Shown here: piece by piece, positions 39,230-52,178 of the stretch
Layout: every line of letters starts with the position of its first letter
How positions within the stretch are numbered: position 1 is the stretch's first letter
Source: Eledone cirrhosa
Taxonomy: Eukaryota
Length of the DNA: 64,000 nucleotides
Assembly: GCA_964016885.1 (NCBI GenBank)
Contig: OZ024740.1
Coordinates: forward strand, 52,638,001 to 52,702,000
Direction of reading: 5' to 3'
Made by a program: the position numbers and the translations under genes
Notes under the pieces: model-generated
What the model was told of the DNA's origin: nothing
The model's database searches: none
The model's input: the letters and a program-made list of their open reading frames with translations, nothing else

Positions 39230-39950
39230 CAATCACGTTTCTGCAACTGGTGCAGCCAGTTGTTGGGGTGCCACTCTAGAGGGTTCTGTAGTCAGCCATC
39301 GCAACTGGTCTCTATTCTCTGTCATGAGTAGAATGGTCTTGGTGTTGTGACCAGTCCAGTTATTGCTGTTGTTGAACCAGAATTTCCTTTGTCTGCATCT
39401 CCTTTGCCACCCCACCTGACTGTGCTCTGAAAGATGGTTTTAGACAATGGATTGTGGCAGGATACATGGCCATACTAGGCAAGCTTCCATCTTTTCACTA
39501 TTGCAATGAATAGTTCCTGTCTGCCAGCATATTTGTCAACTTGCTGCCTGACAAAGCGGTTTGTTTTGTGCTCCTTGATCAAGATGTGTAGCAGACTGCT
39601 GAGGCCCTTGTTCTCGAATGCCTGGATTATTTGCTACATGTCAGCTGTGAGAGTCCAACACTCATTCCCATACAAAACAATCAAAGTCACCAAGGTCTTG
39701 TAGAATTTGAGCCTCGTTGGAAAACTGATCGATTGCTTTTCCATATGACATTCAGCTTTACCATGGCAGAAGTGGTCAAGCTGAGTTTTGTCAGTATCTC
39801 CTTTCGAGATCGGCCATCTTTGGTCAGAGTGAATCCTAGGTACTTGAAGGTGACCACTTCTTCAAGTCTTCTTCCTTTCAGCATGATGGTTGCTGTATTC
39901 TGATTATGACTATTAACCATAATCTTGCTCTTTTCTGAGCTGATCACCAG
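39230..39950 (-). mobile_element. RTE-type LINE 3' fragment; same family at 58350-59100(+)
   Basis: EKSKIMVN, LEEVVTFKYLGFTLTKDG.S.KEI and LNVIWKS. Confidence 0.8.
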
Positions 39951-41039
39951 GATGGTAGTTTTAGTTTATTCCCATATAAGTTAGTCAACTTAAATGTTTT
40001 ATCTACATCATCAACAATGGGATGCATAAATATCACATATGCCAAAATTGTTTTCATAATTTCAAAATGGGTTTTCGATTTTTTTACATTATTGTTTATC
40101 CCAGCACTGGTTAAAAAAATAACTACCTAGTTTTACAGTTGATAGACATTTCAATTTTTTTTCTCCATTATTAATTGCCCGGCATAAGTTTATATAAGTT
40201 GTCTTAAGGGTTTTTCATTTTGGCACAAGACCAGTAATTTTTGGGAAAAAGAAAAATCAGTTGACTGGTACTTTATTTTATCAACCTCAAAATGGTGAAA
40301 AGAAAAGTTGAACACAGAAAATAAAGAACCAGAACAAATGTTGCTAAACATTTGTCCACTGTTCTGCCAATCTTCCACCCTATTTGTCTTAATAATGAGA
40401 GAAATCGATTTATGTGTTTCTAATATAATACATTTTAAACTATGGCGGTGTTTCAGCTGTGCCCCACGATTTTATGGAGCAACTCGGTAGTACAGTGTTC
40501 GAAGGAGGCCTTAAGGTCTTGACGGCAACCATTGCGAAGAAGCGACCAGACAAGCCTCGGTATTTACTGGAGGTGGAGGTGTTTTTGCATTTATATCTGG
40601 AGGATTCTTCAGCTGTGCCGTAGACATGACACCCTCCATAGTGGTGATCTATAAGATAAATGATTATCCAGTACACTGTTAAGTGGTTCGAGCAAGGTAA
40701 AAAAGTATGGGGATAATGAGTTTGTGTAAAATTCTTCTTTTTAAGAGTATAGAGTTGGTTTTGATGGTCTTTTCCCAATTTTTTCAGAGTTGTAACAGTT
40801 TTCCACTTTGTCATGACATGGGAGCAAAAGAGTCACTGACTGTAGTGTTCCAGATGGGACATCTACCTCTTACCTGGGATAAGGCTGTCTGGATAATCCA
40901 AACGGCCCCAGAATTGAGGGGATATTTATCCGAGTTAGGGCCCGTTTAATGATCAGGTTTATTTCGGTGTGGAAGGCGAAGCGACCAGCATTCAGGCAGC
41001 AGGACAAACCATAGAGACAATATTTGTTTTGCAAATAAT

Positions 41040-41513
41040 GGATCTCGGCGATATCCAATTTTAGCGGCCTAAATGCCGCTTACTTGCTGTAGTTGCTGCT
41101 TACTTCAATGTATGAGGCTATTCCAACAAATTTACATTCCCAGAACGAGGAAACTGTGGGGATATGTCGCCGGCCAACAAAGGTTTTGTACAGGTAAGAG
41201 AAGAAGGGAGCACCCCCCTCTCTCTGTGCTCCCTGGCAGAAAAGTCGCACACTTTCTACGGGTGTGTGTGTGACCCCAAAAGGCTAATAAATCGCAAAAA
41301 AACAAACAAACAAAAACGTGGCAAATAAAGAAATCTATGCCCCAGTGGCAAATAAATCGCAAAAAAAAAAACAATAAATAAATCTATATTTCTTTTAACG
41401 GCTAAAAAAAGGGAATGTAAATTTGTTGGAATAGCGTCATACATTGAAGTAAGCAGCAACTACAGCAAGTAAGCGGCATTTAGGCCGCTGAAATTGGATA
41501 TCGCCTGGATCTC
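41040..41513. mobile_element. MITE with ~100-bp TIRs and 4-bp TAAT flanks (Sola-like)
   Basis: GGCGATATCCAATTTTAGCGGCCTAAATGCCGCTTACTTG...ACATTCCC is reverse-complemented at 41410-41513. TAAT on both sides. The superfamily assignment is tentative. Confidence 0.8.
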
Positions 41514-41894
41514 TAATATTCAAAATGTAAACATTTAAAAAAAAGCATTTCTTCTTAACAAGGCATATTAAAATATCTAATTCAACATTTTTGTGATATC
41601 TTTTCACATTTCGTATGTATTAACGTGTTTTATACAATAAACATATCACGAGTTGTAATTTGAAATCAATTTCGAAAGCGATTTAAGGTTACTAGGGGGT
41701 AACGTGAAATTGAGGGTAACTTGAAATGTTTACACCGCAACAAACAACACAAGCCTTGACGACTGTCAACAATGAAAATCTAATACACTGAAAAAAAGTG
41801 TTAGTTTCGTATAAATAATGTTATTTTCTTTAACTTATACGAAACTAACATTTTCTTCAGAATATGAATTATCGCTGTGTAAATTCTCGCAGAA

Positions 41895-43568
41895 ATGCCT
41901 CGCGGAAGACAACCATGTCCCAAATATCTATGCTCAGATATTGTAGATGACGAAATAATTCTTAAAGAATGTTGGACATTCTGTGATCTTTTTCAACACA
42001 CTTCCAACAATGATGTAGCAATTACATGGTTGGCGAAATATAAGCTTATAAGTAATTCTGTTACGTGTCCCGCTTGTGGGAACCCATGTTCAGTGATTAG
42101 TTCCAGTAACAGAGTTGATGGAAAACGATGGAAATGTTCAAAGCATAGCTACTGTCGATCAATTCGCAAGGGTTCCTTTTTTGAGAATAGTCACCTCTCG
42201 GTGACAACATTTATATGGCTGATGTATATGTGGTCAAGAGAGTATTTACAGTCTGAGATAGCTCATGAGTTAAAAGTGAATAAGAATTCAACTACTGATC
42301 TGTTTCGTCTCATTCGGGAATTGCTGGAACGTTTCATGGAAGACCACCCGACAGAATTAGCTAACAACCCTCCTGAAATTGGTGGGTTTGATTTACAGAC
42401 AGGCGAACCAAAAGTCGTTGAAATAGATGTAAACAAATTTGTTAAATCTAAATGTAAGGATAAAAAACATGCAAAAGGATTTATGGTTTTTGGTGGGATT
42501 GAACGTGGAACTGAAAAATGTTTTCTGGTCCCTATTGAGCATCAAAATAAAGACGCCTTTGAAGCGGCAATTATCCGATGGATTTTACCAGGTATGTTTA
42601 ATAAAATCTGATTATCTTTCATTTGTACCGTGTTCAGGTAATTGGTGTATTTTTCAATTCAGCTTCACATGTAAATTTAATTTATTGTCAGTACGCAATT
42701 GCCTCTGTATTAACACTTTGTTAATATTTGTAGTCTTATATATTCGTTAGAAATCACTATTACACTATTATTTGAATATTTCATCTCAATATATATATAT
42801 ATGTCTAAGTTTTTTATTTTTTATTTTCGTGCAACAAAGCTGGAGGCAACTTAATTTATACGCCATAATCATGAAACCTATTCTCAGTAATCCATCAAAG
42901 AAACATATATCTATAATTTCTTTGTTTACACATTTTCGCGAGGAATCTGACTGATAATGAAGACTGAAAAAAAAAAGAAAGAAAAAAAAACCGTTCATTT
43001 TAAATAATTTTATTTTACAGTATTCAATGCAAAACCTAAAACTCACAACGAAATATATTATACAAAAAAAAAATATATAAATAAATAAATAAAATAAAAT
43101 AAAAATAATTTAAATGTTGTTTCTGATAATGTGAGATAGAATATGTCCCCTAGGAAACTTTGCTTCAATCAATTTCAAACCATCTTAGATCTTTGAAACA
43201 GCTCATAGAAGTAATTGATGATGAAGATAAACCTACAGTTAAAAACTAATTTCTTCTCAATGACATTGATTTTTCTTGTAGGTACCCATATTGTGTCTGA
43301 TATATGGGCTGAATATCTTCAGATTGACCAAATCGAACAAGGTATATATACTCATGAATATATAGATTATGATGATCCAGATGATACAGAAATACACACC
43401 AGAAATATAAACAGAATGTGGTTGAAACTAAAAGATGATTTTCAGCAAAAGCGAAAAACATTCTTATCTCAGTCTTTATTAACAGAAATTATGTGGAGAT
43501 CTCACTTTCAGAAAACTGATAAATTTGCTGCTCTAATTTATTGTATCAAACACTTATATAAAGTTTAA
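41895..43568 (+). CDS. Merlin/IS1595-family transposase-derived protein, copy D, intact; exons 41895-42591 and 43282-43568, 327 aa
   Basis: Exon 1 encodes a Zn ribbon (CPACG...WKCSKHSYC), SIRKGSFFENSHL, an HTH-like SEIAHELKVNKNS, VVEIDV, VFGGIERGT.KCFLVP and IIRWILPG. The donor CCAG|GTATGT at 42592 and acceptor TTTTCTTGTAG at 43281 join in phase 1 to give ILPGTHIVSDIWAEY...HTRNINRMW, the DDE_Tnp_IS1595 signature. 697+287=984 nt with no internal stop. AATAAA overlaps the stop codon. Confidence 0.9.
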
Positions 43569-45345
43569 TAAAATTGTTACACTTTTATTTGTAATTGTTC
43601 ATATCGGCAAATAGCAGTTAGAATATAGAACCATCTTTTTTTTATAGAATAGGGCTGTTTTTAACATGAGTAAAGTTTGTTAGTGCCATATGTACCTCCT
43701 GGTCTTTGTGGAATGAAATTTTCCAGTTCGGTTGTTCTTCACTCTTACAACACATATACTTCAACGCTCAATTATTCCCCCTATATTATGTTGGCGTCAT
43801 CCTAATTTTACTTCTAACTACTCACAGATGCCATCACCCTATACTCTACCCTTATCCTTTTCGCCTAGGCTTGGTAAACTCATATTTCAAACATTACATG
43901 GACTTAAAACAACTCATTGTTTGGATAGTGTATCACAGGTTTTGACCTATGTAATTGCTGACTACCTTTCATTCGGACGCCATGCTTTCCAGCATAGTTA
44001 CGTGCCTTTACGGTCTGAGTTCAAATCCCGCCGAGGTTAACTTTGCCTTTCATCCTTACGGGCTCGATAAAATAAAGTACCAGAAATGTACTGGGTAATT
44101 GCTGGCCTTGTGTCAAAAGTAGAAACTTTTATATCACTAAGTTCAAATCCCGCCGAGGTCAACTTTGCCTTTCGTCCTTACGGGGTCGATAAAATAAAGT
44201 ACCAGTAATGTACTGGGTAAGTGCTGGCCTTGTGCCAAAAGTAGAAACAATTATATCACTAAGTTGATTTTATTTTACTATACTCCACTACAAAGCAAAA
44301 TCAATAATCTAAATATACAATAAGCATGCCTTTGGTTGACCACAAAAGTTGTTATGACCATGTGTTCCAAGACAAAAGATTAGATCATGAGAGCAAACAT
44401 CATCATCATCATTTAACGTCTATCTTCCACGTTAGCATGGGTTTAGACGGGAATTGTCCCAATTGAGGCAAGATTGGTCGTCTCGCTCGTATAGGACTGT
44501 CTGGCAGGTTTTCTATGGCTGGATGCCCTTCCTTTATTTATAGATGTGAGCTTGCATCTGTGCTTTTGTTTAAGATAAAATATTGACCACAAAAACAACA
44601 ACAGGCATCCATTATCATCGCTTTTACATCTGCTTAGGTTGGATGGGATGTCACATTCAGAAGCTTGACCAATCCAGTGATGATATATTGCTCATACATT
44701 CCGTATCTGGCTTGATTTCTACAACCACCTTACAGAGTGTACTAGGGGCATTTTTTTTCGTAGCACCAGCACTATTGAGGTTGTCACATGTTTTACAAAC
44801 TAAAGAGTCCTCTCAAACCCTGTATTGTTTTTGCACTGGTGGATGTGTATCGGAATATCACCAGTCTACACAGTTTTGTGTTATTTCTTTTATATGGTTC
44901 AATGTTTTGTTGTTATTCCTCACTACTTAGTCCCATGTCTTCCTTTTTCACAAGTCACATACACTTTAAGCGCTTGGCACTTTTTTCATTCATTAAAAAT
45001 GAAGTCCTGAAGTTTCAACAATTTTTCTTTTAGGCTTGCAGAATCCTAGGTCATTGTATAATCATTTATAAGTTTATGAATATGTTCTGTATGTAATCAT
45101 GCTTTGTTATACTCAATATATTTTACTAAATTGTAATAACATAAGCATTAAGATGTGCTGAAACATTTGTAAAGCTATTAAATGATTTAAGAAATCTACT
45201 CAATTTGTTACACGCACACACACATACACATATATGTATCTGTAACGTCTATTCCAACTGACTAGCCTAAAATTCTATTTTATACCAATGTCGAGTATCA
45301 TCTTTTTCACACAGCTCTACTCCTTTCCACACTACCATTCCTGTC

Positions 45346-46445
45346 CATCATCATCATCATTTTATGTCCGCTCTTCCCTGCTCGCAAGGGTGGGACGGGT
45401 CTTATTCAGCACAGCATCTCTCCACTCGTCACGGTCCTTCGTCATCTCCACCGTGAGCTTCAACGATCTGAGGTCTGTTCTCACCACCTCTGCCCATGTT
45501 TTTCGTGGTCTACCTCTACCACGTCTTCCTTCAACCGGCATTTCCTGGCACTTCTTCACCCATCGGTCATCCTCCATGCGCATCACATGTCCATACCACC
45601 TCAGTTTCCTCTCCCGTACACTACATTCTATCCCTCTCAGACACAGTTTCTCTCTCAACACATTCATGCTGGGTCATTCACGCACATCCAACGGAGCATG
45701 CTTGCCTCATTTCTCTCCAGCCGTCGCATATCCTCTGCAGTTGCTACCCATGTCTCACTATCATGCAGCATCGCGCTCCTCACACGGGTATCATACAACC
45801 GGCCTTTCGTACGCAGGGAGAAACCTTTCTTCGTCAGCAAAAGAAGCAGCTCCCTAAACTTCTTCCAACCCGTCATTATTCTAGATACTATGGCCTCGGA
45901 ACACCCTCCTCCCATGCTAATCTGATCTCCTAGGTACCGGAAGCTATCCACCACTTCTATAGCACCCTCCTGCATTTGAAAAATGTGTCTATCAATGCGA
46001 CTTCTACTGTCTAATTTCCCTGTACATCTACTGCATACATATTTCTCCCTACCTGTTAGTTTGCCTGCTATCCCGCTACATCTCTTGTGTACCCAGGATC
46101 TGCATTGTGTGCATTTTATAGAATTTATGCCACTTCTTTTTCTGCATATCGAACATGGCCATTTCCCTGACGGAATCAGAGTTTTGTCCTCTTTTCTACT
46201 CAACACTTTTGTCTTAGCTAGGTTCACTCTCAGTCCTCTTGCTTCCAACTGTTGTTTCCATAGCCAGAATTTATTCTCTAGCTCCTCTACTGATTCTGCT
46301 ATAAGAACCAGATCGTCAGCATAGAGAAGTTCCCATGGACAGCCAGTCTTAAACTCCTCTGTTATGGCTTAGAGGACTATAATGAACAAGAGCAGGCTGA
46401 GGACCGAACCTTGATGCACTCCTACTTGTATCTGGAATTCCTCAC
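45346..46445 (-). mobile_element. RTE-like LINE 3' part with a PHD finger in the RT; another copy at 50173-50865(-)
   Basis: GVHQGSVLSLLLF, PWELLYADDL, GLRVNLAKTKV, a C4HC3 finger, FRYLG, KLRWYGHV and GRGRPRKTW, followed by a (GAT)n tail. Confidence 0.92.
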
Positions 46446-49135
46446 TAATGTTTTTTTTACAAGATTTGTGAGTCACCATCTAACTTATTGCCTTGGAAGG
46501 ACCTACACATGCCTTATCTTCAAACCCAACCAATAACAATGTAAGGAAAAAAGAAATGCTGAGCGACCATATTGACTAGTAGCTCCAAAACTTTTCTCTC
46601 TCAAAGACCCCTTTCATCTGAATGAATCCCCCACCCTGCTACAACTACGCTTCTCTCCAATTGTTATACTGTGATAATAACGACCAAAAGAGAGAAATGT
46701 TTATACTAAGAGAAGAATGGATACCTAATAGTATGTGCATATATTTATGACAAAGTAATTGGAAATTTGAAATTAGCTCGCAGAGCCACAGAAAATTGCG
46801 GACCCAAGGTTAGAAACCGATGATATAGATAAACGCTTCTTCCGTTTGTCGCAGCCAACACACACAATGTCTATGTGTATGTACAGGGTTCCATCCCCAG
46901 CCGTTCTCGATTTTGCGGTGGAAAACAGCAATGTGCAGACCGTGGGCTCCTGAAGTCTCGACAGCGACCGGCGTGAAAAGGGAGCGGTTGGTTAAGCCCT
47001 GATATTTAGTTATCTTCCTCTCCTCTGCGGTGCGGTGCCCGAGTTTGCGGCCGAAGCAACAAGGTTGGAGGCGAAGGACGAGTCGCAACAAGTGGCGTTT
47101 CAGATAAGGGATTTACCTCCCTTGACTGCGAAGAGAGTTATCCAATCTGGGCGCTTAACATCACTATCGTGGATGCCAGCTGGCTCTAGTTGTAGCGAGA
47201 AACTGGCCGCATCGTGATACCTTCTGATTATATCATACAAAGTATTGTGTCAAGGGAACTGACCTGCGGTATGGCGGCAGGATAGTGGGTGCAGACCGAA
47301 CTTGTCAACTACGGCATTTTTGTGGCTAACACACATGCAGTCCATGGCGTTGTGTCACTCTGATGCGAGTACACTCATCAAGAAGGGTACCGGTTAATGA
47401 GGACGACACCGAAATGTGCCATGCACCGTTGTTTGATTACGTGACAATGAACCGGTGTTAGTTTAAGACTCGATTCGCCCGAAGGGCTCTTGATGCCGTT
47501 TCAGTTGTAAAAATGAAATAAAAAACGAGTTAAGGGAGATAACTCAAACGGCTTAGATCAAGGTTCAGTGTGTTGATTAGATATATATAACAAACCAAAA
47601 CGAAACTACAGTAGAACGCTATCATTACATCGAATGGGATGCCGTTGATAACACGTAACTACTTCCTTTTTTTACCTATGATTTAACTTCATAAATTGTT
47701 TATTTTATTTTAAAAATTCTCTTGTTTATTCATGTCAGAACATTGTATCATGGGTGTACGAGTATAGCAATCGTTTCATATTTTCATTAATTTAAGTAAA
47801 AAAATGTGTGTTTCATGAACCAAAAGCGTTCAAGATTTTTAACACAGTCACAATCCAAGCCCAAATTACTCAACGTGTCCTTCCCTTTTTTAAGTTGGTA
47901 AAGATTTAAATTGATGGAGATTTTATTGCGAACACTAGCAAGCTAAACGGCGGCTGTAGAGGCACATTGTTTTCAATGAGAAGTTGTTTGCATAGAAACT
48001 TACATAAGTGAAACAACAGGCTCTTGTCTGAACCCCTTTCTAAAATGCTAATTCTCGCTATTTATTTAATTAGAATTATAATTAAATTCAGTCAAAATTC
48101 ATCTATTAACTTTAAATAGCATTTTCTTGCACAACGAAGGAACTTCTACGCAGTCACTTGCCTTGTTAGAAATAGCAGTCGGATCTCCAATCATACAATC
48201 TTGAATAAAGAAAAAACATACTCGATAGTGTAATCCAAAAAGTTAGAATAGTTATAGCTAAAATACATTTTACCATACGTCGGCTCAATCTGGATAGACC
48301 TGGGCTAAGCAACCACTGCGGCTTCCAATTCCGGCACAGCAGGCGAACACTAGTCTCGAAGATTGACATTTATGATTTGTAAATATCGAAGGATATCAGA
48401 GACATCATGGAAATTATTTAGTTTATGAAAATGAAAAGGAAAAAATTCTATTCTTGAGATATTTTCGTTGTTGAAATTAATTGAAATTGTAATTATTTGA
48501 ATTATATATTTACATAACGAAAGCAATAATTCTTAATAAAACGAAATTGAAAGAAAATACAACAGTTCTTTAAGTACTTACTGAATGTAAAGATTAAATT
48601 TGAGAATAATCAATAAAATACAAATAAAGAATCAGGGAGAAATGTGGGCTAAAACATTCTCATTGTCAAATAAATGCATCGGTCGAATAATGTACACTAC
48701 ATGAACTCAACCAAATGTACAGCCTCTCTATTATCCTTCCATATTTACAATTCACGAACGTCAATTCTCTCGACCAGTAGTGTTCGCCTATTTTGTTGAA
48801 TATTATACAGCATAATTAAAACTTTGCTGGTCCCTTATTTTTTTAATGAGACAAATTTCATCCAGGGAAGAATAAAAATAAATAAGCTTAGCAAGAAAGT
48901 ACAACGAAAAAGCCTTAAGTTCTAAAAGTGAGCTCAAACATCGCTTGATAAACCGAAATTGAAACACCCCCTCGAGTATCATTGTTCAGATAATAGGCAG
49001 GTTGCTATAAAATAAAATAAACTAGATCATTGATATCTTACATTTATTCTAGACAGTATACTAATAAAATGAAGGTAAAATTTCAAGATAGAAAATCGAA
49101 AACTGAAACATAAACACGAACCAGGAAACAGTTTG

Positions 49136-50172
<1,037 letters not shown>

Positions 50173-50984
50173 ATCATCATCATTTAACGTCCGCTTTTCC
50201 CTGCTTGCAAGGGTGGGACGGATCCTATTCAGCACAGCCTCTCTCCACTTGTCACAGTCCTTCGTCATCTCCTCCGTGAGCTTCAGCGATCTGAGGTCTT
50301 CTCTCACCACTGTTTTTCGTGGTCTTCCTCTACTGTGTCTTCCTTCTACTGGGATTTCTTGGCACTTCTATACCCAGCGGTCATCCTCCATGCACATCAC
50401 ATGTCCATATCATCTCAGTCTTCTCTCCCGCACACCACAACTTATCCCTCTTATACACAGTTTCTCTCTCAACTCATCTATGCTTGGTCATTCACGTACA
50501 TTGACATTGCACATCCAACGGAGCATGCTTGCTTAATTTCTCTCCAGCTGTCGCATATCCTCTGTAGTTGCTGTCCACGTCTCACTACCATGCAGCATCG
50601 CGTATCTTACACAGGCATCATATAACCGCCCTTTTGTATGCAGGGAGAAACCCTTCTTTGTCAACAAAGGAAGCAGCTCTCTAAACTTCTTCCAACCCGT
50701 TCTTATTCTAGATACTATGGCCTCGGAACACCTCCTCCCTTGGTAATCTGATCACCTAGGTACCACTTCTATAGAACCTACCTGCATTTGAAAGATGTGT
50801 CTATCACTGCAATTACTACTCTCAACTTTCCATGTACATCTACTGCATACATAGTTTTCCTGCTATCCCACTACATCTACATCTATATATATATATATAT
50901 ACACACATATGTCTGTGTGTATATATATATATACACACACACACACCCATGTGTGTGTGTATATATATATATGCACACAGACAC

Positions 50985-51022
<38 letters not shown>

Positions 51023-52178
51023 GTGTCTGTGTGCATATATGTATATATGTGTGTGTGTATGTGCTTCTACTAGTGAACATTTTATTTAAAATTAAAAAAA
51101 TATTGTGTGTTCTGGAGGTGAGGTGCAGAGGTGGCTCTGCAAGACTTCTCAAAGGCAAGTAACATAGATACAAGCTCTTCTGGGTAGGTAATGACGAAGG
51201 TAGGTGGAGTAGGTATCCCACTAGCCAAGAAATGGGTAGATAAGGTAATTGAAGTAGTTAAAGTAAATGACAAACTTGGAATAGGATTAGTAAAGAGAAC
51301 GACAGCAATTATCTCTAGCTATGCACCACATAAGTAGGAACAAAAAGACTGATTTTATGAACAACAAGAAATGAAGTGGGTATGTGGCTCCTTGAATTCT
51401 TTGATGCAAATGATTTAACCATTTGTAACTCTAACTTCAGGAAACTGGCTAGCCAACAGATCACCTACTAGTCAGGTGAACACGTGAGCCAGATTGACTT
51501 TGTACTTGTTAGAAAACAAGATAGATGGTTAAAGGTATTAAGATTTTCCCCAGAAAAGATGCATTGCCCAAAATAAGTTAGTTATTAGCAGCATCAAAAT
51601 AAGCCCAGGACAGAAGAGGAAACAGAAAAATCTGGTGGAGGAGTCTTTGGAGGCTAAAGGAACTTTCTGCTAAGTGTAGGTTCAAGAAAGCTTTATTTGA
51701 GGCATATGAGAAGGAAGATGAGACACATATGACATAGAGGACAATTGGAAGTTTCTACGTGATAATTTACTGCAAGCGCCAGCTAGATGGTGGTGGAACA
51801 GCACAGTAGGTAGAGCCATTAAAGCCAAGAGACAGGCATGGAACAAATGGAAAAATGAGGGCAGTAGTGACTGGTACCTGGTAGCTAAAAGAGAGGCTAG
51901 GTGGCAGGTATACATATCACAAAAAGAGGCTGAAAATGGCGGTTTGCCAATTTTTTGTGACGAGAATATCAGCAGCGTGTGGTGTTCTGCAATGCAAGAC
52001 AGTATCTCATTGCACATCAGGATATTGTAGGGAAAAAGTATGTTTGAAATGACACTGGTGCACTTAGCATCACTGATACTCAAAAGAAAGAGGCCTACTA
52101 GAAGGCTACTATAAGAGCTTAATGAAGGAGGAGAATGAATGGGAGGAAGGGAGACTACCCCCAGTTGACCCTATAGAG

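Noticed and set aside
41040-41513. TIRs of an active Merlin element containing copy D
   Set aside because: Both arms lie upstream of the ORF, and the flanking duplication is 4 bp rather than 8-9 bp.
41895-42611. Stand-alone 238-aa ORF or bacterial IS1595 contaminant
   Set aside because: The ORF runs through a splice donor, and the rest of the DDE domain lies in a downstream exon; the context is eukaryotic.
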